NCBI GenBank assembly: GCA_000320545.1
Contig: ADNK01000136.1
Span: 194,829-258,828 of the forward strand
Length of the DNA: 64,000 bases
From: Bigelowiella natans CCMP2755
Lineage: Eukaryota > Protista > Cercozoa
Reading direction: 5' to 3'
Shown here: positions 53,634 to 64,000 of the stretch, piece by piece
Layout: every line of letters starts with the position of its first letter
How positions within the stretch are numbered: the first letter of the stretch is position 1
Program-made: the position numbers and the translations under genes
The notes under the pieces: generated by a model
What the model saw: the letters and a program-made list of their open reading frames with translations, nothing else
Database searches by the model: none
Told to the model about the DNA's origin: nothing

Positions 53634-55458
53634 ATGAGTGAGACGGAGAATAAAGGGAAGACAGAGGAAACAGAGAAGGAGATTACAGAGAAGGAAATTA
53701 CAGAGAAGAAAATTTCAGAGAAGGAAATTTCAGAGAAGGAGATTGAGAAGAAAGAAGAGGGGGAGGAGAGCGACCAGAAAGAAAAATCAAATGTAAAGCC
53801 CGACAACAAGACAGAGAGCTCAGCACGTTCTGAAGCGAACGTTGAATCAGAGCCCATGTAGTCGATACTCAAAGACAATACTCATAGTACCCTTCTTTCG
53901 TAAATCTGACCGTATGTAGAAATAAGACTCAGATTCACTCTCATCTTTTAAAAGAAAATGTTTCGTTGCTGGGATAAACTGGAAGACTACGGATGAGCAA
54001 CTCAGAGAATTCTTCAACTCAAGATTTGATGGTGCTCTCCAAACCTTGACATAATTTTTCATGCTAACTTCCTCCTCGTTTTCCTTAGGATTGGTGTCTA
54101 CGGAGATTATGCGCTCCCGCGAAACAGGCTCATCTCGAGGTTTTGGTTTTGCTTACTTTCGAAGTAAAGAACATGCGGAAAAAGCATGCTCCGAAAGCAG
54201 GTAAAATCTTTAGAATTCAATTACCAGAGTAAATTCACGTTTTTTGTTACAGAAAGCACGAATTGGATGGCCGTTACATAGAGATTCAGCTCGCAAAGTA
54301 GTGGCAATCCCTTGATGTAAATTTTTTAGTGGTTGTTCACTTATGAATGTAATTAGATCTCGAGAAGAAATGTCCAGAGGCAGAGGTGGGCGTGGATTCA
54401 GAGGTAGAGGACGAGGCTATGGTCACGACAGTGGTTACGGAGGAAGAGGGTATGGAAGGGGTCGAGGTTACGGACGCAGACCTCCCTACGATGACTATCA
54501 TGGATCTTCGCAGCGCGAAAATGCTCCATCTGCCACCACCAAAAAAATTTTTGTGGGAGGTATTTCACATGATGTGACACAGGTCTATCATTCTAAGTAC
54601 AAAATAAAACCAAATGTGGTCATTGAAGCACATTTTTTTTTGTAGGAGGTTTTTGCTGACTATTTCTCCAAATTTGGCACTGTCGTAAAAGCTATCCTTA
54701 AGACAGACTTGGCCACCGGAAGGGTAGTTTGAAAATATAAGAAGATGTGCATATCATTCTGACTGTTGTGACGAGTAGGCTAAAGGCTTTGGCTTTGTGA
54801 CTTTTGAAGATGAAAAATCTGCTGAAAAGTGTGTAGAAATCGGAATGCATAATTTAAATGGAAAAGAGGTATTAGCTATCTTGCTTGGTATCCTTATCTT
54901 CTTTTAACACTCTTTTGGTCAACAGATGGAATGTGTAAAAGCGTATCCAAAACCGTATGAGGGAACTGGCTACCATGAGAACCGCTATGATAGTGACCGT
55001 CATGGAAGGGGGGGTGGGTACACAAGTAGCTGGACGAGTCCTTATGCTGCTGCTCCGAGGTTTGCTTTCCGAATATGTATTGTCTCAAGGATGGCTCTGG
55101 TTCATATTTTTACAACATAGGGAGGGTTACGCACGGCACGCGAACTACGCGCCGAATTATTCGGCACCACCTGACTACTCGGCTTATCCTCGCTCAAGCC
55201 CATATCAGCATGGCCATGTGCCACGGTACTACAACAGGAGGATGAACTCTATCTCTAACAAACTTTATTGATCATTAATTTGATTTGTTATATAGCCCAC
55301 CGCAACAATACGCCCCAAGCTATGGACAACATCAGCAACAACAGTACTATCCAGCAGGTGTTGAAAACATTGTCTTGCATAAGGTCCTTCATCTCAATTC
55401 ACCCATTTTTTGTTAAGACTATTCAGGAGCTTCTGGGCGTAATTATCGTCCATATTAA
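53634..55458 (+). CDS. Two-RRM hnRNP A/B/D- or Musashi-like RNA-binding protein with RGG linker
   Basis: RKCFVAGINW...SRGFGFAYF (RRM1), an RGG-rich segment, KKIFVGGIS...KGFGFVTF (RRM2), Y/P/Q-rich tail ending RNYRPY* (PY-NLS-like); mostly ~50-60 nt introns. Confidence 0.88.
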
Positions 55459-56298
55459 TATTTTCAAGAAAAATCAACTTCTCCGTACTTGATGCTATTG
55501 GGGAACATGACGAGCACCTTCCCTGCACGGATACTGTGGGTCGAGAATCGTAGAGCGGACAGGCTAGTTCGCGAAAAGATGTTTTGATTTCGTTATCATT
55601 TAAGTGTAAGAGTTATTTAAGTTTCTCTAGTGTTGCATGAGGCGCGGCTCAAATAAAATACAAGAGAAAGTCTTATATTTCTGTGCGGCCCAGTCCGATT
55701 CAATGCAGTTCGCGTTCATTTGCATCACGAGCATAGCAGTCAGCTAAGCATATACGTGGAATGCGCAACTATATCCTAGCACTCCACCTATACTAGTATA
55801 TACCAGGTGTTGTTTGAGCAGGACCAGAGCATCCTCCGCCAACGCAACATCAGATTATTCTGTCAACATCGGATCATTTGCCAGACGCGTACATTTGCCT
55901 ATATGCCACGATGATGGCCTTTCGCTTTCATACGCCTGCTCTATCTCACTGTATAAACTGGGCAGTTATTGGCGTGTGCTGTAGCGTTGCGATCGATGCG
56001 CCATGCAATATAGTTCCACCGCAATGCGATCATTTTTTTGTCGCATGTGTGTGGCATCGGCTCGTCGATCTGAGCTCAACCTGCATGTTGCAACTTCAAC
56101 TAGCTTGGTGTACCACGTGCACTACATGCATGCCATCATTGCACATGCGATATTGCTGGCGAGCCATGATGCCAGATGTGAGAAGAGGTGTCCAAGCGCA
56201 CTGTTCATCATCTTCAATTTAGATGACAAAACAGAGTCAGATTCTCGGGCCTCGATCAGTTCTCTGCAAATGCGAGTACAAGTACCAAAGATATTTCA

Positions 56299-59200
56299 TC
56301 AGATTTGCACAAAGGTAAGTGTCGCCAATTCCAAAATATTAATTAACGATAATGTGTCGATGATGAAGAGGAAACAAAGTAGGAATGACGCAACTACTAC
56401 GATGAAGGTAATTTGGCCCATTTTACCAACGCAATTCCAAGATTTTGTTATAAAAAATTGTGAGCGTGTGTGATGGCTTATTGCATTACAAGAGGAGGAC
56501 GATTTAGGTGATGATTTGGACTCCATAAGAATATCAATTTGTCCAGCCTGACTTCCACCTAACCAATGCTCCCTGACATGTCAATAGCCGAAATGTGAAT
56601 ACCCAAATACTACTGAACGAATAAGATTAGGATACAAGTGTTTCAAACAAGAAGTACCAACTAGCATATTTTACTCCGATCAAACCCCTCATCATGAAGC
56701 CGAGTGGAATTCCAGCCTTCATTGCAACAACAACAAAGTCTCGTGTATCAAGCATAAGAAGTATCTTGATACATTCAAGAAAACATTTATCATATGTTTA
56801 ATCATTATTCGTATGTAATGGCCCATGTGTTCCTTGTATGTTCATTTATGATCATTGCATTACCCCTGCACATGCGGATGCAAAACCTGCGATTGTTGCA
56901 AATGTGTCCAAGAAATCAGTTCGTCCCTGTCGGATATAGAAGACAAAACAATAACTATGTGGTTATCACACGACGACTTCACAAGAAATGAATGCATGAG
57001 TATTTGAAAATACTCACGGGGACACATTGATTTAATCATCAGCTCTTCTGGCAGCAGACACTTTTCAAATGACAACTACTACCTTACGAATGAAACTGAA
57101 TAAGGGTGTTGCTTGCAATCGCAGGTAGTGTGGACACAATTGGCCTCCACATGCGCAATAATCTGAGAGGTTTCGTAGAGAGGGACTTAATGTAAATTAC
57201 CTATCACTACTATACACATCACAATTATCACCATGAAACTTTCTGTTCCTGCTCTCTTGCTACATTAAAATATCGAAATATAGTGCAAAGAAATGAGGCT
57301 CTGTACGAAATGCTGCTGATGTTACTTGTATTCGCGTCTACGTGTGTGTTGTATCGTTCTTTACCATTCTGAAAATATCAGGAACATGATTAGTTGTTAT
57401 TGATGTTGTGAGAGTAATTAGAAATAAGGTTCATAGCTGACAGTTGTGGTTGTGCTAGTACTACTGTAGTCGGAATTTAGTGTGGATGATGTTGGTTGTC
57501 TAGCAGTTGACGCTGAATTGGTGATATTACTACACTGCTACTGCTCTTTAGATTTATATTACATATTCTTTGGAAATGTGTAATATTTTCCAGATTTAAT
57601 ATTTTATTTATTTCGTTTGTTAGTGATCAACCAATGAACAGAACAATCATCATTTTTCTGTTTTTTTGTTTAAATAATGAGGCGATTACCGGATAGATGA
57701 ATCTCTTTATGGTCCCCGAATCAAGATCTCTTTCTACGGTCATTGCAACCTCCATGTCTATCCCCTGTTTATTGTGTATTTCTTATCTTTGGAAATTGAT
57801 CGTTGCTCAATAGAACATGTTGACACTTTTTATTTAGAATTTTATGCCTGTTTTAGAGTTAAATTATTACAGTATTTTCCGATGGCATCAATGCACCAAT
57901 AACTCTGTAGCCAGCATATGGGTACCTGTTGCTTCCTAAGAAGAAGATATTGCATTTTGTTAACAACCATGCGACTACAGTCATTCTAGGTATGAAATAT
58001 TTGAATTCAAACATAGATATATTGTCATAGTGACTGATGATGATGACAGCAATGCTCTGTAATTTCTAAGGAAAATTCTTGCTCCGTTTCAGATGAGTGG
58101 CTTCTTCTTCCATGACAAGGAAAAGGACATGCACAATGTCTGTAAACGTCATATAGCCTACTTCGAGATCTTAAGAAAAAATAATGGCAACATGACGAAA
58201 CAGAAAATTAAAAGTACCTGCCCCATCTCCATATCCCCGCACGAGAAATGTCACCTTCGCAGAAGCATTTACAGACCTGGTTCATACCGTTGATAAGAAA
58301 TACATGAGCAATCTATCACCACTCCAATTGCGACAATGGTCGAATCATGCTGTTCGTTCACAAGTGATTCGTTTCAATTTATAACTCAAATGCTGATCAA
58401 TGGCAATTTGGCTCATACGACTCAAGTGAGACGAACCAACAACTGTTATCTACGCATAGCCTAATATTGCTGCTGTCAATCTTGTGAGCACTCACAAGCC
58501 TTTGCAATCTGTAGGAGCTCCAGCGCACAAAGTAACCTCGAGTAAATATGACAGCTAGTCAGGACGAGTAGCAGCTGTTTAGAAGGTGCTTAACAACTGA
58601 TAATAGACGCCTGTATTATTCACCACATTTACACGACACTTACGTACAATCGTACACACAGAGACACACAAGGATGTACAACAGACAAAGACACCTGTTT
58701 CCATGTGTTTGCTGGTACATACTCTTCGTTGCTCGACCCATCGCACGAGTAATCATGCAGCTTTGTGGATAGCAAATAAGAACGAAATCTCCTTGAGTTA
58801 CATCCCATTCATTGTTTGACGGTGAATGCTCATAATAGAAACAGTCTCTATGAACAAATAATAATGCTATTTTGACATGATGACTGCCATTGATACAACT
58901 GCACTACTATATACTGTAAGTGCTAGTACTGTCACGCTGTGCAAGATGCAAGGCTTGCAACTCTATTGCTGTGTATTTACGGAAGTACCGTAAAACCCAC
59001 TGAGGTATGATTGCCCCCTGTACCCTGTTTAGTATGAAAAAACTAATTAGCACTGCTATAAGGTGCACGCATATTTCTTTTTCTTTCAAATAGTAAAGTA
59101 ACAATTTAATTTGGCCACAGATACTCCATCATTGCCGCAACTTAGTACCCTTGGACTAAAATCGTTACTGGTTTCAACTGCAAGGATCTAGATGTTGTGA

Positions 59201-60615
59201 AAGCAATAAATCAAGATCGACTAACAGCAAGTAATTGTTTGGAATCGTGATCCAGGTTCTATATTCCTTTCTACGACACAGAAAAAATTTTAGTACAGCT
59301 CTACAAATGAAGAATTCTACAAAAATATAGTTGGATCGCCTACCTCCAGAGGAACTTCTCCATCACTTGCATCAAATCCACTTTTCATAATTCAAAAAAT
59401 CAGCCATTTGAAATCAGCAATGGCCCACTCCTTAAGAGTTTTGTCCCTCTTCTAAAGCAAATATTCTTCTATCGTGATTTACTTACGATGGAAGGGATCC
59501 TGCCTTAATATCGTCCTGGCCAACGGAGAACACTGACGTGTACCTATTATTAAGGAGAACGTATAGTCCCATGAGTCTTACTACCCGGTCTCTTGAGGAC
59601 AAAATTGAATTACGAATTTAAAGCTAAGCTGATGATGTCTATCTGTATGGAGGTGACTGGGTTGAAACTCAACAATGAAACGAATAGTGTACAAACTTGG
59701 TTGATTGCCAGTGTGCGCCCAGGAAGTAACCCTCAAGGTATTATTAAAAGATTATCACTTTACTCGATCAAGAGTAGCTACTCGTAATCGTAATGATACT
59801 ACCACGATCACTGCTGTCGACAGAAGTAGGAATGCCAGAAGTATGTTGAATGGGCTAATATCACGTGCAACGTACCTCAGGGAGGACACCCAAATTTGAA
59901 AAGAAGACACAAAATTACCTCTCTGATGTTTTGTTGAAGATTGGGCGTCTGAAAGGGTCTAACTTGTGATACCTTGTTGTGCCAAAATAGATGTCATTTA
60001 AAGTGTGGCAACCTTCATTTCATCATAGCAGCAGTAATGTAATGCCGACCATAATTCAGATTTGCGAATCTTGTGCATCCTCGCCGGTTGATTACGAAGA
60101 AATTACTGCGAGGTTAGAGCAATGTGAGGTTGAGATGTATCGAATGGAGATGAAAAAGGAGACATCATCCGTTCTAATGCAGTAGATCTTGCACAGGTAA
60201 CAAGGGTGTGATTACATGATTTATTAGAGACCAGATCTAGTACACATAAAAGATCTACTGGCTTCATTATTCTTTTTTGTGTTAGCCTACTTCTTCTTCT
60301 CTGTTAATTTAATGATAGATTTAATGATGGGACGACATAGGCCCCAATGTTGTTTCAAGTATTTCCTTGCAGCAAAGCATCAAATTATTATCAAGAAGTC
60401 ATGACAGAAAAAGACACGATTTTTGTCCTTGAGACAAGGCAAACACCATGTCGTATGAGATATGTTTGAAATACTGTTTTCAATTCTACGACAAGGTTGA
60501 ATGCGTTGACGCAGTGCATATGTTCCCTTGTTTCAATTAGTAGCGACCTCCAACACTTGCGCACTTCAATGGCATCCATTGGTAACAAAGAAGCGAGCAA
60601 GAAGAACTTTGGCAT
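56299..60615 (-). CDS. Hypothetical multi-exon, probably membrane-anchored protein
   Basis: Regularly spaced minus-strand donor/acceptor motifs (ttacct, cttac, gtacctg on the + strand); hydrophobic N-terminus MPKFFLLASLL and C-terminal ITFIVVVASFLLCFLFII. Full frame not resolved. Confidence 0.45.
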
Positions 60616-60986
60616 TAGATCTACTATTTAACGTTCTCTTTTTCAGGATCTATAACGAGCAAGCCTACAACAAATCCCTACGCATCAAAAACGCATCAAG
60701 GGGTTGGCAAAGGAAAGTGTTCTGAGATAGAGAAGAAGGCTCTCAAGTGCTTAACAGACGGTCAGCGAGCCGAAATAGAAACAAATAAGCCCTTTTCGAA
60801 GCGCCTTTGTCAAAGTTTCTTCGATCAAGTCCGGGCTTGTAAACGAGAGGTACATAACTTCACTCCTGTTGGGTGTTCTTCTGACGCATAAAACCTGCAG
60901 GCACAAAGAGAACTGAGGCTGAAGAGTAGGGAAGAGAGAATTGCCCAACGAAAAGCTTCACAGAGCTAACCGCTAGCATTGATCTC

Positions 60987-63395
60987 ATGTCCTCGGCTAT
61001 GATGGAATTGGAAAAACAAAAGAAGAAAAAAAGAAAGAAGAAGACAAAGAAAAAAGTCGCACTACTCAGTTTTGGAGGGGACGAAGAAGAGGATGAAGGA
61101 ACTGACACCTTCAAGATTAAGAAATCTAATACTTCATCCATAACTTTCGAGAAGGGTAAAAGGAAGAAAAAAAAAAGGTCACGGAAAATTGCAGGGCCCG
61201 GAGGAAATGAGTCGGCAAAAGCAGGTTCACTTGGAAACAAAGCCTACCTGCAATCCAGTGGCAGATACACTGCTGAAGCTTTGAAAGCTCTGAAAGGGAA
61301 CGCGATCCACTTCGCTCCAACTACAGAATCAAAAAAATCAGCAGACACTATTTCACAGGAGCCGATAGGGATGGAGCTTGGGGGACAAAATGAAGAGCAT
61401 TTAAATGTTGAGGGAATGCGACAACATGGAGATCAGGAGGACTGTGATGCTGGCCAACATCCTTGTCTCCCAGATAAGCACGCAATAATTGCTGCAAGAA
61501 GAAAGAGGGAAATGATGCGGACAATGGGAGTTGGTCGATCCTCTGCTCCGGGTTACATTCCACTCGATACAGATAGAAGAACTGCATCTGGGACTGCTAC
61601 ACTTGCAGAAGGGAAGATTTACGGTGAGGAGGAGGATAATGAACATGGTGGGTTAGTAACTGAAAACCCTGATGACGAAGAGCAGGATGTATTCGAAGAA
61701 GATAATCAGAAAGGAAATCGTATCCTAATGCATGACCCTGGTAGAAAGGGAGGAATAGATGAACAATCAAGACAGCAGATACTAGGAAGAGGACAGGCTG
61801 AAGATGATGATGACGAATACCAGAGACACATCGATGAGCAGATACGAAGAGGAGGAGGTCGTGTTGCAAAAGCTTCGAAATACGTAAACGCACTTACAGA
61901 TAGTAAAGGAACTGGCGTCAAAAAGTATGCTCCATCCCAACAGCGCATTACTTACGACCCAGACAGGGAACTCCAGAGACTAGCATCTGCTTTGTCGACC
62001 ACAAAAGAGAATTATTTAAAGGGCGCTAGAGATCTCAACGCCCTCAACATAGAGATAAAGAATGGAGAATCTGATATCAGTGGGTATGAAAGCAAGCTTA
62101 AATCAATGAATAAGCAATACATCTTCTATCAATCTCTTCGTGAAAAGGTATGTGATTGTCTAGATTGCCTCAATACAAAAGCACCAATCATAGATGAAGC
62201 TCTTCAAGAGATGAAAGAGCTCCAGCTATCGAAAGCAAAGGCTGTTCGTCGCCTGTACGATTTACATACCATGGATGAGGAAGATACTGTCTTCGGAAAC
62301 AAAGATAAGAAGCGAATGCAGAAGCAAGAAGTGGATGAATTCGGACGAGACATTGGAGGAGCGCTGGAACAAGGGAGAGCAAGTCGTCAACAAGTGAGAA
62401 ATGACAAGAGGAAAAATCTTTTTAACAACGATACATACCGAGAAAAGGAAGGTTTCTGGACCGACGATGAAGAAGAATTAGGCTCTCAGTACGATCAGCG
62501 ACAGAATCAACTTCTACAAGACGTTAAGAGAATTTTCAGTGATGCTGAGGAAGATCACAAAAGTTTACACGCCATCAAAAATAGTCTCGAGCTTCTTAAG
62601 AAACGGTACCCACAAGCGTATGCAGATACGTACATTTCGTTATCTGTGCCCTCGCTGTTTGCTCCATATGTCAAAGTCCAATTGGTGCATTGGAATTTTC
62701 TGAAAAATCCAAAATTGGAAGCTATGGAATGGTACAAGACAGTTGCGGAATATGGGCTTTTCGGGGACATTAAAGACGATGACCATGATCTTGACGTCAT
62801 CCCAAAAATAGTTGAAAAAGTTGTGACTCCTTTTCTTATAGACTACTTTTTCACCGTGTGGGATCCCCTCTCTTCAACCCTTTTCCCTGCGACTTCCAGT
62901 CTTGTCAGAGAAGTCCTGGAACATGTCGACGGTAAGCTTGAAAATCCACAGAAACTTCTTAGCACAATTATGGATCGGTTCCACAACGTAGTAAATGCGC
63001 ACTCAAAGTCAAAGACAGTGCCAGAGGGAAATACTCCCAAATCACATCCACAATGGAGATTCTGCGAGCTTAGATGGTGGAAAGGACTGAAGATTATCAA
63101 GATGTTAACATTGTGGAGACAACATTTGCTGGATGGAGTGATCCGCGAATTAAGCATGAGTCACATGGCCGACAATCTAGTCCCTTTTCTTCTCAAGGAA
63201 ATGCGGACTAAACCTATTGACACTAAGAAAGTGATACTGTTGACGACTAAACTGAACAAAGTTTTACCGGAGGATTGGAAGGGAGACGTACAGTACATGA
63301 CCCTCTACAAAGGTATCAAGGATTATTGGAAACTATGTAGAGAGAATGGAGTCTCTGCTAAAGATCTAGCGTTGATTAAAGCTTTAGTCAAGTGA
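60987..63395 (+). CDS. GC-rich sequence DNA-binding factor GCFC2/PAXBP1-like (spliceosome disassembly), uninterrupted 802 aa ORF
   Basis: LLSFGGDEEE...FKIKKS, AIIAARRKRE, YIFYQSLRE...DCLNTKAPII, DEFGRD, YPQAYADTYISLSVPSLFAPYVKVQLVHW, WDPLSS. Confidence 0.88.
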   Translation: MSSAMMELEKQKKKKRKKKTKKKVALLSFGGDEEEDEGTDTFKIKKSNTSSITFEKGKRKKKKRSRKIAGPGGNESAKAGSLGNKAYLQSSGRYTAEALKALKGNAIHFAPTTESKKSADTISQEPIGMELGGQNEEHLNVEGMRQHGDQEDCDAGQHPCLPDKHAIIAARRKREMMRTMGVGRSSAPGYIPLDTDRRTASGTATLAEGKIYGEEEDNEHGGLVTENPDDEEQDVFEEDNQKGNRILMHDPGRKGGIDEQSRQQILGRGQAEDDDDEYQRHIDEQIRRGGGRVAKASKYVNALTDSKGTGVKKYAPSQQRITYDPDRELQRLASALSTTKENYLKGARDLNALNIEIKNGESDISGYESKLKSMNKQYIFYQSLREKVCDCLDCLNTKAPIIDEALQEMKELQLSKAKAVRRLYDLHTMDEEDTVFGNKDKKRMQKQEVDEFGRDIGGALEQGRASRQQVRNDKRKNLFNNDTYREKEGFWTDDEEELGSQYDQRQNQLLQDVKRIFSDAEEDHKSLHAIKNSLELLKKRYPQAYADTYISLSVPSLFAPYVKVQLVHWNFLKNPKLEAMEWYKTVAEYGLFGDIKDDDHDLDVIPKIVEKVVTPFLIDYFFTVWDPLSSTLFPATSSLVREVLEHVDGKLENPQKLLSTIMDRFHNVVNAHSKSKTVPEGNTPKSHPQWRFCELRWWKGLKIIKMLTLWRQHLLDGVIRELSMSHMADNLVPFLLKEMRTKPIDTKKVILLTTKLNKVLPEDWKGDVQYMTLYKGIKDYWKLCRENGVSAKDLALIKALVK

Positions 63396-63779
63396 TAGCA
63401 GGAAAGTTAATGGCAATTTACAGTTCATGAATATGAAATCCGTGCCTCAAACTCGTCCACTTTCATCGTTCGGCATTGACGTGGCAGGAGACTTGGGGTG
63501 TTTGTCCGGCTGTGAATGATGGTACAATGGGACAGATCACATTTTGTTTCCACTCATCACTAAGACTGAATTGATTGTGTCCGGTAGCTTCTACGATGTG
63601 ATGCCATGCCAGCCATGAAATGCATTGTTCTGTGCTAGCTAGCTAGCTAGTGCGCCGAGCATATCTGCCATGGTGCATGTTCGACAAACGCAAGCTCAAA
63701 AATTTCTGCACGCCTCTAGATCTTTGTCCACACACGTGCGGCGCTGCAATGCAACCAAGGGCGCGACACATGCATGTAG

Positions 63780-63856
63780 AACGGATGCAATGTAATGTTC
63801 AAATTTTTTCAATGGTCATCCCAATGAAGCCGTGCAATGAAGCGGATGCAGCGCTC
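63780..63856 (+). repeat. Dispersed repeat, copy C, truncated at the telomere junction
   Basis: acggatgca...ttttttcaatggtcatcccaatgaagccgtgcaatgaagcggatgcagcgct, followed by telomeric sequence. Confidence 0.78.
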
Positions 63857-63890
63857 AAATTTGGGTTAGGCGGCTGCAGCGCTCAAATTT

Positions 63891-64000
63891 GGGTTAGGGT
63901 TAGTAGGGTTAGGGTTAGGGTTAGGGTTAGGGTTAGGGTTAGGGTTAGGGTTAGGGTTAGGGTTAGGGTTAGGGTTAGGGTTAGGTTAGGGTTAGGGTTA
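63891..64000 (+). repeat. Telomeric (TTAGGG)n array, right chromosome end
   Basis: G-rich TTAGGG repeats run to the end of the window, with two variant units (TTAG, TTAGG). Confidence 0.97.

Overview
Right-hand end of a eukaryotic nuclear chromosome, ending in (TTAGGG)n. Manual GT-AG splicing gives about 15 mostly intron-containing loci, in order: GNPTAB-like Stealth phosphotransferase, Fe-containing alcohol dehydrogenase, Era GTPase, prenyltransferase alpha subunit, adenosine kinase, HMG-box protein, FabD/MCAT with a bipartite leader (suggesting an alga with a secondary plastid, possibly a chlorarachniophyte; inference), an eroded gene remnant, a DUSP-Tudor-Tudor-DOT1-like fusion, a hypothetical protein, a DEAD-box helicase, a VPS9 protein, a two-RRM hnRNP-like protein, a putative membrane protein and GCFC2/PAXBP1. 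Two features are not explained by the gene list. (1) Gene orientation alternates strictly (+,-,+,-...). (2) Tail-to-tail spacers and the subtelomere are depleted of TpA to varying degrees, rich in TpG/CpA, and keep CpG. In 30094-31674 only 7 TpA remain, all inside CTAG. Diverged copies of a dispersed repeat differ repeatedly by TA<->TG/CA. This looks like a targeted, context-specific A>G/T>C hypermutation process, opposite in direction to fungal RIP. Most ORFs in the supplied track are microsatellite or TA-depletion artefacts. All counts and splice models were made by eye.
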